Shown here one piece after another: positions 1 through 12,534 of a stretch of DNA of 64,000 nucleotides. Under the pieces are notes generated by a model. The model worked only from the letters and a program-made list of their open reading frames with translations. It did not search any database and had not been told where the DNA came from. Origin of the DNA: Balanoglossus misakiensis. Taxonomy: Eukaryota; Animalia; Hemichordata. Within the stretch, counting starts at the first letter, position 1. Every line of letters starts with the position of its first letter. The translations under genes were made by a program, and so were the position numbers. The stretch lies in NCBI GenBank assembly GCA_040954595.2, contig CM082583.2, positions 13,233,764 through 13,297,763 of the forward strand, read 5' to 3'.

Positions 1-148
1 AAACCTTTGACCTTGTCACTCGATGTTCATTTGTTTTCTAACGCCGAACCTTTAGAATCAGAGGTATCCTAGGTGTTCTTTTTCCACGGATGGTAAATAT
101 TAAGAGCAAGTTAAAGGCTCCAATGTACTCACATGACTTTTCACAAAC

Positions 149-2784
149 ATGGCGTACTTCAGTCATAGTAGTCGACAGTCGCAGGCAATTTTTCTCTGCG
201 TTGAGTCCGTGTTGTTGTTCTGTGTGCTGGTTTCTGCTTCAGAGCGAAAGGTAAGAACATATTTATCATTTCCGCAATGGAACTAATTGATTGCTTTGTG
301 ATGAAAAAGTGAAGGCCACCTATTTGCCGGAAGTTGCTCGTCCAGTGGACAGTCAATGACAAACTGCTGTCTTCCCCTCCCTACTCTAGTCTCCCAATAT
401 TGGGGCAGTTTCACAAATTATTATGGTGTCTAAATGCCAGACTATTTCAGCGTTGAATACCATGGTAATCGTACATGATCGTGTGGGCGTTCTGGTCATG
501 ACCACATGACAATCATACCTGTAATGTATTGTTGCTTATTCAGACTTTTGTTTTGACCTTTCTCGTGGTCATGATGCAACATGCTATGACTTCATTGTGC
601 ATACTCCAGTAAACAAATTGTAATAGTATGCAAATTACGCCTTTGTTCTCCTGACCTACTTTAATACTACTACTCTAAGGTCACCCACACCAAAGTCCCG
701 GTGTGGACTGAGGGGCCATGCCCACACCCATGTATATAGCACTGCCACTGACAATAGGGATTGAAGGAGTCTACCTTACATGTATATTCCACATGCTGGG
801 TGACAGCATCTCATCTAGCAAAAAAGCGTGATGTATCATTTTCCAAAAATAGTATATGTATTAAAGAGACCAAGAAAGCCATTCAAAATGTTTGCTCATT
901 TAGATGAATCATTAATTCTCTGTGTTTTATTACAGATTTCTATGGAATATAATCCCAATTGTACAGTACCAGTCTGTAGGAATCACACAGATAATAAAAA
1001 TTTAGTTTATGTGAAAGCCGAAGGCAATGATGTTTTACACTATCTGTGGAGTTCAGTAGGAGCACCAACCATTTTACTTGCCGTCACGCCAAATAATACC
1101 AAGTTACATGTGAATTGGGTAAAATTAATGGACACCAACGACAGTAGCAATGCAATAGAATTTGTACCAAATAATGTTATTTACTCCATGGGTATAATAT
1201 TGACAAGGGTAAGTATATAACTGTATAATGCGGTACAACTACATGTGTTGAGACTTTGATTTGAGAAGTAATACCGCTGTCAGAATAATTGCATTGTCTG
1301 TAGGCATTACTGATACTGAACCTTTAACTGTGTTTTCAGATGTTCGAGTATGATGATGTTAATGACACAGCCAACCCCAGTAGATGTTCAACATGTACAA
1401 TGAGCTCAGTCCTGTTGCAAGATCTCCATTGGCAAGATGTGAGTGTGACCATCAATGAGACGACGCACAGTGCTGTGCTCAATACAACTCTGTATCAACC
1501 AGCACTGAAGGGAAATGGAACTGTGTCTTTACAGGTGAGTTGACACCATCCCTGATGAGATCACCTGTAAATTAATCTGTAGTTCATTAAAAGTTTAAAC
1601 TATAAATAATTAGTCACTTGTTGTAACCACATGCATGCTGTGGCCTTCATAATTCACATTATGTTTGTTCTTTTCCTTTGCAGTTGAGGGCATATGGCGA
1701 CCAGGAGAGATCAGACACACTGCCACATTTACAGTACACGGCCAACACTACACAGCTGGACTTCACAATTGACCATGTAGAACCACAGTACAACAGTTCT
1801 AGGTTTGCCCTGGAGGTACTCACCATCGGAGGTCAGAAAAATCCAAAGTTGAACATTACAAAACATATGGCAAAATCTATTGATGACGAGTATACGCCAG
1901 GCATGTTTGAGGTAAGCTGGAGCAATTTTGTTTGGTTTACAACGGGTTAATTTCTTACATGAATGACGACAACAGAGACTTTGTTGACATGCTTCTTGTT
2001 TACTAAACCCAAAAACATCTTTTTTTTTCTAGGTAGACGAGGTACATCTGCCACCATATCCCAAATCCAAATATGGAAGTTATTCGCAGTGGAAACCCGT
2101 GTGTTACTTTGATCCAGCCAGAGATCTTGCTAATGCTTTAGAGGTCAGTAAGCAGCCTGCCAAGTGAGACACTCTGTAATGTTACAATTTGGCTGGTGTG
2201 ACCATTTTCCAACTTTATGTGTTACAGGATGGGGTGTACGTTCTCTATATTCACTTTCGTATTTTACATTGTAAATTGTAAATTCCATTTTAATTTTGTT
2301 TGCAGGCCAATAGCTATGATTTGCAGCGTGAAAATCTGTACATTCCAAACAAAAGCATTGTCACCAGCTTCTATGATTTGAATCAAGTGGAGATGGCCGC
2401 CTTCAACTTGTCATTTGGAACGTCTAAAGATGGATTTTACAAGGCCTCAAATTACGTCAGCTGGTAAGTTCATTTTAAGTTTAATGGAGTTGTCCTTCTC
2501 TCATTCTTCCTGCCCTATTTTGCCAGGCAGCCAGCTCTATTGTAGAATCTCATTAGTTCCAGTAGTGTCATAATACTTTCTCCCCAATTAATTTATTGAT
2601 TGTTTTCAACAGGACGGCAAATATTGGTTATGGAACTCCACCAGAAGATGCCCTGTCACTGCTCATCATCATCGTCATGGCAGCAGGACTTGGTCTCCCA
2701 GTTCTGTTGATCATTGCAGGCGGCACATATGTCTGCGTCAAGAAGAGACAGAAATACAAAGAACTCACCCTTCTGGTGAACTAG
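149..2784 (+). CDS. GLMP: Glycosylated lysosomal membrane protein (NCU-G1 family), 7 coding exons, ~412 aa
   Basis: Exons 149-250, 936-1208, 1340-1534, 1684-1911, 2033-2143, 2306-2463, 2613-2784 all have GT-AG boundaries and join to 1239 nt in frame. Signal peptide (MAYFSHSSRQSQAIFLCVESVLLFCVLVSA), many N-x-S/T sequons, family motifs LHYLWSSVGAPT, SIDDEYTPGMF, QWKPVCY, FNLSFG, GYGTPPED, a C-terminal TM helix and a short tail KKRQKYKELTLLVN with a YxxL sorting motif. Confidence 0.92.
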
Positions 2785-3687
2785 GGTAATAAAAAAGTTT
2801 ATCACAGTCTAAAAAAACATGTGAAATATACTAGGGAGTACAGTATCGAAATGGCTGAGGCTGAATGGATCACAGGGGGCAATTGACACATTAAATGTGC
2901 TGTCTCCTGTTGTTTTAAGTTCTCGTGTATGGGTTCATGATATCCTGGATCATCATACGACAAGTATTAATAATACATTACGAACGTGTGGTTTTAACAC
3001 CAATATGAAGTCTATGTATCTGGAGACTGCGAGATCCATTGAATATTTTTTCAACTCTTAAGGGATGATTGTACTGTAAAAGGGAGCCAACCAGGTTACA
3101 AACCTGGACCTAAACTAGAGTAACATTGGTGATAAAAATGACCAGTGTACATAGAAGTACTCAGAAGACCCTGCCAGTGTTGTTGTTGTCTACCAATGGA
3201 TCATTCCATAATAAGAAATCAGGGAAGATGGCATTAGTGTGACTCAAACAAATCTACAGTTGCTGCTCCCCTTTTCTCACATCACCTGACCCCAACACCG
3301 CGGCCCCTCCTCAAATCCCACCTACCACGTGCACCCTCCTATATCGGTCATGGATGACAAGTTGCTGCAGCCCAACTCATCTTTAAGAGTTTGATGCGAG
3401 AGCTAGAATCAATTAGTTGCCAGGGTTTTTTACTGGTGGCGCAATGCGAGCGCGAGGCCCTTTTACGTGCTGTAATTTTGTGTACAGTACATTGTTGTTG
3501 ATCATTTACAAGGCAGTACTTTCTCTTTTGTGTTAATAGGTTTTAAAGTTGGTAAGGTTTGGTGTTTGAAACATTTTTGCTTTTTAATTTGTTGTCAGAG
3601 CGACATCAAAGTGACGACATGACATGACAGTTACTTCACTTATGAAAACAATTCAAATGATTTTATAATTCATTGATCAAAGAGTAA

Positions 3688-3693
3688 AATAAA
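3688..3693 (+). terminator. Candidate polyadenylation signal of GLMP
   Basis: AATAAA about 0.9 kb after the stop codon, following a U-rich 3'UTR stretch. Confidence 0.4.
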
Positions 3694-3746
3694 AGCCCAA
3701 TAATTTTTTTTAAAACTAGACCCACAGTGATGAATATGCAGCCATG

Positions 3747-3875
3747 TTTTTAGCTCTCACTTGGTATATGTACATGTATATAACGGGAATTACTGGGATC
3801 AGTTGGTGTCTGTCATCTGTCTGTCTGTCTGTCTGGATATACATGCATGTGTGAATGGATGGTCCAGTCTGAAAG
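3747..3875 (+). mobile_element. Probable remnant of a non-autonomous Helentron-associated (HINE/DINE-1/pearl-like) element
   Basis: Starts TTTTTAGCTC and carries (TCTG)5 at 3816-3835, a layout typical of these elements; the same TTTTTAGCTC start occurs at 13680. Confidence 0.35.
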
Positions 3876-4764
3876 GTAACAAGTTTCAGAAAATAAAAAC
3901 AAGGCTTGTGAGCACAAGTAGTCATTCAACAGCCATACCCACATTGACACAACATCATGTACACATGCAACTCAAATTTTGAGGAAGGGGAAAATAGCTA
4001 TGGTAATTCAATCACAAGCATCAGACTATTAAGGTGATTTTTGTAAAATCTTTATTTGTGAAAACTGATTATAAAAGCGTTCCCCCAAAATAATAGAAAT
4101 CTATCACTTATCAGCTCATAGTAAATACTGAAATCTCATTTGACAATAACATCTTCAGGTATTATATTTTTAAAATTAATGTGAATATTATATCAGACCT
4201 ATAGTTTATATAAAATATCTTTGTATATTTTATCTATATAGACATTACAGAAGCGCCGGTAACTTCCATTTCGGTCATGAAATCAAACATAGCCCTCTTG
4301 TGGCTTCTCATAGAAATCACTTGTTTATTGGCAACTTTCCATATATAATGAATGTGACCACAAATGTTGCCCATTATCTATCTCTTTGTATACGTCACTA
4401 TGTCAAGTATGCATACTGAAGATTCCTTCCACTTCAAACAATCTTGGACAAGATAGAGACCTTTACTCTAACAGGTCAAATTGTCTGCAGACATCACAGC
4501 ATTCTATAAAGCAGATGGAGGGACTGTGGTTGTACAAATGTTTATACATTGTGGTCTTGTGAAGCACTCTCAAAATACTCTTATTTGAAGAGTGACTGCA
4601 AAGATATCAGTGGCCTAGTCAAAGATAAAGGTCAATTGGACCTGCATCTTCTTGAGTTTTACCAGTGAGTATCACAGTTTCTTTCTGGCCTTGGCCTGAA
4701 CTGACCGGAACCAGTCTGGTCTGACTGGAATTCTTCAACAATCACTGGGTCATTTAATCTTAGT

Positions 4765-7700
4765 TCAGAAATCTGTCTGACTTTTGGCACATAAACCTTG
4801 CTCTATTATTTCATCCAGTTCTTCTCCAGCCGGGAATTGCTGCTGAAGACGTGTGGAGTAATAATACAGAGCCTGCAACAGTTTTACAAAAAAGAGGGAA
4901 GAATTATACACTGGTGGTGTTTCATGTCCGAATTCTGAACTCAAACGTAAAAATGGCAAGCTAAGTTAAGTTGCTATGTATACATTTTGTACACATAGAG
5001 CCTGGAGACTTATCACAAACCATGAGTGGAGATATTTGTGAATCTAACAAGTTCATCTCCTTTTACAAAGTGCCAGTTTGAGTGTTACTGACCTGATAGA
5101 TGATGTTGTACTGTTCTTTGGTCTGTACAGCACCTGCTCTGTCTTGTCTAATGCAACACACAGTGTATGGTACATCCACAAAAGTTCTGTCTTCAAGGGC
5201 TCTCATACCAATATCTATGGCAATCACAGTGCCAGTACGTCCAGTGCCTGGGCTTTGAGATCAATGCAGGAAAGAAATTCAATTCAACTTTATTACTCTC
5301 TATTATGTTGACAATTTCATATGAGAAGAACACAGGCATACATGTCTTGTTTCCAACTTCTGAACCAGTTGGGAATTATTACACTTAATTACCTGCAATG
5401 TACGACTACAGGACCATGATGCTCATGTATGTACAGTCTTGCATCTAGGAGGAATGACACGATCGATGATGGCTCGTCGGGTTCGTGATCATGTGGCCAG
5501 CAGGTGAACCAATGATGAGTCAGGGTACGACACAAATTTTTCTGTCAATTAAAAGTTACAATGTTAATTTGTTTTACCCCATGGAAAAAACCATCCAATT
5601 TTTGATATACACACAATTTCAACTATTACTGAACAGGTACATTTGTGAAAGTATATAGTTACTCACTTCAATATCTTTCATTAGCAGTGTTGTGATGGTA
5701 CAATATTCCTTTTCGTCTACAGACTGAACTGATATCAAGTAATCTCCATGTATCTGTGTAGCCTCATCACCCTTCTGTTTTGTGGGCCAATACTGGTGAC
5801 ATCGTTTCTGGGAAAGTCATGACAAAACTAATAGTAAATTCATGAATAAATGTCTGCATCATACATACATCCTATGATCCATCACATCATGATACAACTG
5901 TCCCACACCTCAGTACACTGTGCTACACATAAATAGCTTAGTAGTCAGTACCCACCACACATCACCTTCCATACCATTTAACCACCATTACAACAAAAAA
6001 TGTCACATAATCATCTTACCCCTTTCATGTCTGTTAACATTAGAATCACTCTTGACTGTTGCTCCCAGATCATTCTCCAGAAATCGACAGCAGTGTTTTC
6101 CATCGGAGCTTGTGTTGCTATGTATTCTTTCTTCTGATCATTGTAACCCTAGGCAACAAAAAAACATAATTAATTAGGTCTATTATGACACTATATAGTG
6201 TAACTTCAACTATATGCATCTTGAGTTCATAATTAATTTTACACTTAAACAGTACAAATCAACTTTCAGCTGGAGCTTGTACTGATACATGTACAGTTGT
6301 AGTAAGAGAGTTTTGCAATTAGAACTTGTCTCACCTTGATAAAATTAGCATTGATGTATTCGGAAGTATCATCTTCAATGTGATACGTCAGTTGAACCCG
6401 GCTTTTTGGTGGAGGTAAAGCGTTGCTATAACGATTTTTACGATCCACTCCCGATGGGATATCACTTTGCTTTACCACAGGATTTGGAAGGCTCTAGATA
6501 AAGAATTCAAGATTTCCAAATATTTATACACACTATAAGTAGCCCTTCATCAATAATTTGAATCCAGTGTCTGATAATCAAAAGTTTTTAACATAAAGTT
6601 TCATGCAAGGTTTGTTGAAAAAGTTTTGGTTACAAATATTTATTCCACCAGAAGAAATCTTGCATAAAAGTTTTATGTTGCCCGCAAATCTATTGAATGA
6701 AGCAAGGTCATGGTCAGAGGTCAGCCACCACTACTGATCCAGTACGTTCAAGATATCATAAACTTATTGTAAAATATCTGGCATCACCTGGAATTCTTCA
6801 TCTATGGCCTCTGTGTAAGTGTAGAATTTGGACAAACTGTCAACAGTCAACACATGTGATGGAAAAACCTAGAACAGAACAGTGGAGTATTAAAAACTTA
6901 ACACTCTAACTGGCAGTGTTTAATGTCAGTGTCCATGGCACGGATCACCACCGATTTGACAATCTCTCAGATAGGGAGTCCAGCAGGGTTGTTAAAAGTC
7001 TAACGACATAGTTTTGTATCAGACAAACAGATGTTGTTACAGCTCCATCAACACTGATCTGTGTCCTGACACAAAAACCAATGAAGGTTTTATGTCACGC
7101 AGCGAATGTTAATCTGATCTTGCTCATGACCTTTACATGGTGAGAGGTCATTGCAAACAGGATGCAGACATACTGAGCCTTATTTACGCCTACAATTTTT
7201 CCATAAATACTTGATTTGCAAATCACATGAACCATGATTACTTCTTGTGGAGGGATGCTGCATGGTGTCACCCAAACTGAAAATGTTCAGCCAGGCATGC
7301 GCCCTGGTGGAATCACTTGTTTATTACAAATTCTTCAGATTATGGCCAAAGTTACAGTGTTTAAAAGGGCTGTTTAAACTGCGTGACAGATGATCGGAGT
7401 TGTCGAGTGACAGCTGATAAACATTACACCAATGGAGACAAACAAATATGTCTCCTTACTGCATCCTTGTTGTAAACTACGATCATATTTCAGGATCTGT
7501 GCTTTTGTTTTTTATGCGAATGAATTTCTGTTTGAAATGGAAACCACCACAGAAACTATATACAGAAGACAAACATTAACTTGTAGAAATTTTCACTCCG
7601 CACAAACCACTACCTCACCTGTGGTAGTGTCTCATCCCAATCCATGGCATAGTTGACCGCAGCCACGATGGATTTGGAACACTTCTTGAAAAGCTTGGAA

Positions 7701-10700
7701 TTGCCATTTTGTACAGACAGTGGTGTCAACTGCACCGAATCTTTATCTTGGTGGTGATTTATCATGACAAGATTTTCACCACCACTTCCATAGATCGCTT
7801 CCATCTCTTTCTTCATCATCAGTTTCCGTCTTCTCATCTGGATGCGAATCAACAAACTCTAAGTTATGACATGAAATCTTTTTTGGTCCGTTGTATGCTT
7901 GAAACCCCCACCCCCAAGACTTGGACAGAACAATTACTGAACCATTTGTCGGATCTCCTACCTTGTATGTCCCTGAGATGAAGCACGCAATAAGAACCAC
8001 ACTGACGATCACCACACCAAGAGTCCAACCAAGGAAATGGGGAGGATGATCTCCATATGTGGGTTGAGTTGGTGTTGATTCACCACTGATCGACACACGC
8101 AGTAACTGCAAGAGTTGAGTTGGGCAAAATAATTAAAACTTTAAGACAGCACAAGAGACCTATAAGTTTTCTAGGTCTACCAAATCTAGATGCAATACAT
8201 GGTAATGCAACACAATACCATTTCGGCCAAAAGTATGGGTTCCCTGCACATAAGTTATTCCAAACGATTTTAATATTACAGCTATTCACAGCCAGTCCTT
8301 ATAATTACCTTGCTAGCATAGTTGCCCAAGTAGCGATGATCTTTTTCTATTGCATATCCAGCCTGGACAGTCAGCTTTTTGTTGTACTTGTTCTTGATTG
8401 CATAATACAGATCAAGGTAGATCTCTGATGCCCTCCTCTCCAGAAATTTCAAATTGGATTCTGTGTTACCGCAATACCTGTAGTCGTTGAGTAAAACCAC
8501 ATTGAAAGTCAGAGCCTTGATGACCGAGACATTTCTGGCAATGAGGGCCAGGTTGGCCGTGAAGTCTTTCCTGATTGGACAGAATTCATTCCAGGTCATT
8601 GCCAGTATCAGTTCGATGTAAATTTCAGGGTAGCTTGGCATTGTGGGATTGGTGGCAGGGGGCCGGTTGCCATGGTCAGGTTGATTGTCTTCTGTTGGCG
8701 AGATGACTTCTGGGGCCGGTTTTGTCATTGCTGTTGTTTTTGGCTTGGTGTCTTTATCTTTTGATGCAGTGGTTTTGGGGTTGGTGTGCAAATCCTTTGG
8801 TGGAAAGGTTTTTGGTTTGGCCTTTGGTGTAGTCTTCTCAGGACTTGCATCAGTGGTGCCCAGTGGCAGGCTTGGAATCGCTCCACCAGTTGTCCCAGTG
8901 GCCACTCCAGTATGCGGCTTTGTTTCAGTCGGTATCTTGGATGGCTTGGGACTTCTCACAGAGCTTTTGTCTGATTTGGTGGGAGTTGGGCTCGCCTCTA
9001 CTGGTTGGGTGGGCACAGTCCTGTCAACCAATGATGTGATTCCTATTGTCTGACTTGGGCTTGGCATAGTCTGCATGGATTCTTTATCCACTGGAATAGA
9101 TTTCTTGACTGATTTTGCAGAAGCAATGACAGTTTCCTCTGGTGTTGGGAGTGGGACTGCAGACCTAGTCACTTGTTTGGATTTTACAGGTGGTTTAGTT
9201 GGAAGTGATCTTGAATACAGCACACTCGGACTTGGTTGGACAATGGTAAATTTTCCAATAGGTTTGACTATATGCTCGTCATCACTTTCAAATTTCTCTT
9301 TTTGGACTTGCGACACAAGTGGAGTTTGCCTCATGCTGAAGACGACAGAACTGGACGGTGACACAGTTTTAAGAATATCAACCTGTTTTATTTGTTTTGT
9401 GCTAATGTAACCCGGTGCAGAGTATGTATGAAGGAGTTCCTGAGAAGACTGCTGGATTTCCAAAGTTGGTATGATGCTGATTTCACCCGACTTTTGCATG
9501 TGATGTGTCACATCTTCTGAGTCCTTGGCACCCCAGTTTCCCTTCTCCGTCGTGCCAGAAACAGGAACACTTTCAGTGGCAACAGTTTCCATAGCAACAG
9601 GTAGAGTAACTTCTCTCGTCATGGAAACGCGGGATGCAGTTACTGCTTTGCCTGCTTTCTCGCCCACGTTTGTTTTCAGATTCACTTCAGTTGGGGATCT
9701 TCCAACATCAGTTGGAGATACGTAACTTTCCATAGTTTCTGGTGTCAAGGAGATGTCTACTGCTGAAGATGGGAGGAATTTACCTTCCTTGGGATTATAC
9801 ACAATTGACGGTGTTGGCAATGGTTTAACCTGAACATCATGAAGACTGGACATTGATATGAACTTGCTCTGTAGCAGACTGATCTCTACGCTTGGTACAG
9901 AACTCTGAAGATTAATCTTCTGCGAGGGTTGTACACCTCCACTGACAGCGACACCTTTGTCCCCTTTCACTGGCTGCACACTTCCAGAAAGCATGGCCAT
10001 GTTAATACGAGACAGAGTTTTTGCATACTGCATGTCATCTGTTTCAACAGCTAAATGGCTTGCTTCAATTTTTTCAGCACTCGCCAGGGAGTTTCCAAAA
10101 GAAATAGTGGGTGTTGGATTAATTTCTATCACTTTCTGAGTTTCTTTTGATTTTAAAATCTTTGCTGATTCCTGCGGAATCCATGCAGAAATGCTTTCTC
10201 CGGTGCCAATGTCAGGTTTGTTCCCACTTTGTGGGTGGGAAGATGCCGGATAGGTTTCTGCCAGGTCTTTGCTACCTACAGACTTCCCATTTTGAAACAA
10301 TGATGCTGATAGAAGTTCTCTAGCCAAGACAGATTCTTTAATCAGACTTTTTTGTACAAGTTGCGATTCCTGTGGTGTTGCAACAGTTTCTGATGCACTC
10401 AATTCAGGCTGGGATTCTGTGACAATCTTTGATATCCCTGGTCCGAAAGTTATGTCAGCGGAGCTTTTCGTGTCCTTTTCTCGTCCAGCAGTGTGACTCG
10501 GGAAGTTAACTGTGCTTTGCAGCACAGTGCGGCTGAGTTCAATTCCATTACCAACAGAGGTAACAACATCATCCGCCTTGCCAACAGCTTTATCTTCGGA
10601 CTGTTTGTAACCAACACTTGGCGTTGGAAGGATTTCAGCTGACATCAAGATTGCTGATTCAGATTTCTTTACCACATCCGGGATGTTCAGAGTCTGAACA

Positions 10701-12534
10701 TTACTGATAGTTTGAGTGGCGTAATTCCTTTGAATGATGGTGATGATACGCTGCATGTCACCTTCCTTGACATCATCTGTTAATTTGTCGCCCTGTGCAA
10801 GCGGCGTGGGTTGGAAAGCTGGAGACGGGAAGGAATGCATCATTCGCTCAGCTAAGGGTGTCATTGCCTCGTCTCCGGTCGCAGCTTCTGAACTGATCAA
10901 CACTTGATCCGTCATGTTGGGGCTTGGTAAAACCTGATCCGCAATGTCAGAACTTGGCAAAAGTTGCTTGCCATCTTTTCCCAGTCCGACGTCAGATCCT
11001 GGATAAGTGAGAATGGATCAGACATGGTTATCACTTACAACATGGTATTAATGTTTGGCAGTTAAGAAGTTTAATGACCTCAATTCGATCCAGACAGAAT
11101 GAGATTATTAGAATGAAATGAAAATACCAGCGATGCTTTTGTGGGTCACAGACTGACATAATGCAAATTTTATTAGTCTCTCTCTTTCTCTGCTCACTGA
11201 TGTGAAGTGACCAAAAACATCTGAAACCAGGTCATTGGGCGTGTTTCAGTGAGTAAAGTAACATAAAAATTGCCTATCAAAATAAAATAACCAAATAAAA
11301 TCAAAAGCTGGTGACTTTGTCACTGGCCTTGAACTTCAATGTTCGAATTTTGTCCATAAATCACCGTTGCCTTGACAGCACCTCCTGAAAAGTTTCGCCC
11401 CTTGAGATTCAAGAAATACTAACACAAGCCTCACAGATGTGATTTACGAGTTTCTGGAAAAGTTTTGTGAAATGCAAGTGGTGTCCTATACATAGCGAGT
11501 GCCCCCTAGCCTAGTTGTAAACTGGATTCTGCACTAGCGATGATGCTGGCAGATGTTACAATGACATGACGGTAGAGAGCTTGCACTGACTTGCTCATCA
11601 AGTGTGATATCAAATGGTGTGTTTTTACATACTTTCATAACTGAGCAATCAACTCATGATTTTAGCCTAATTTAAATTTATGCAAATTACCAGTATTAAA
11701 AGTTATTAACATAATACGCATTTAATTAGATTTCAGTGATTTAATGTTGATTTTACTGCATAACGTATATGTGACCTTTGACCTAACATAAAGTATGAAT
11801 TACAATATATTACATTTCTTATCATGAATGTCAGTTTCAACTAAGTCTCTGTATCAAATTGCCGTTAATACATTGCATTTTTGTTCAAATAGTTACAAAA
11901 AAGTGACAGGGCTAAATATTTCATTAATTTTACATAAAGAAATTTGATATATTTTAACTTATTGTACTGTTATTTTTAGTTTGTTGCTATACACTAGATA
12001 TTCTTAAAATAAAGTAGTAATCATGTTACATCTAAAATATGTGTTTCCCCAGCGCTCTGAGTAATTTAATATTTATGCAACAGATACCAATGTCACTCAA
12101 CAAAAGTTTTTATAAGCCTTTTTTCAGGGTTCCTCGCTCTGATCTGACCATACCCAATGTCGTTTTTGTTTCAACAAAGTAAGGTCAACAAGGGTCAACA
12201 GTGGTAATAAACTTCGTTGCATTCTCAGGATGCAGTAATCAACATCTACTACTGAAAGTTTTTGCAACACACTGTAAAACGATCCGGACTCGATTCAGTG
12301 AAACCACAGACTGTGAGTGAAACTGGAAAATTCACACTTTCCAAAGAAATCTTTTCTTAATAGTCTTGTGAGGTTGTCCCCCAAAAATTACTAAGTAAAC
12401 GCCCCTCCCACAGTCGTCCCAGACCAGACTTTAATAGCGACCACGACCTCACCTTGAACGTATTCCTCGCCGATAACGATAGCCGATGCAACAAAACAGA
12501 CTCGGAACAGCAGTGAAATCTTTGCGTTGGTCAT
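4765..12534 (-). CDS. Receptor-type protein tyrosine phosphatase, single PTP domain, PTPRR/PTPN5/PTPN7 (R7)-like, mucin-like ectodomain, 11 coding exons, ~1360 aa
   Basis: Exons (minus) 12534-12453, 10998-8309, 8105-7962, 7858-7619, 6868-6788, 6493-6335, 6148-6020, 5807-5667, 5541-5393, 5252-5093, 4872-4765 join to 4083 nt in frame. Signal peptide [25 protein letters not shown]-rich stalk, [25 protein letters not shown] motifs [56 protein letters not shown]-terminus QTDF fits a class I PDZ ligand. R7 assignment is from recalled similarity to PTPRR. Confidence 0.88.
7100..7320 (+). mobile_element. Possible 3' end of a non-autonomous Helitron-type element in a PTP intron
   Basis: Hairpin CCAGG-catgcgc-CCTGG (7291-7307) followed by CTTGT (7316-7320) and a T-rich target; 5' boundary not identifiable. 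Confidence 0.25.

Noticed and set aside
8685-10139. Plus-strand ORFs inside the PTP mucin exon
   Set aside because: Antisense shadows of the long minus-strand exon.
11000-12450. MITE in PTP intron 1 (repeated TTTATGCAA motifs)
   Set aside because: No termini or inverted repeats could be delimited by eye.
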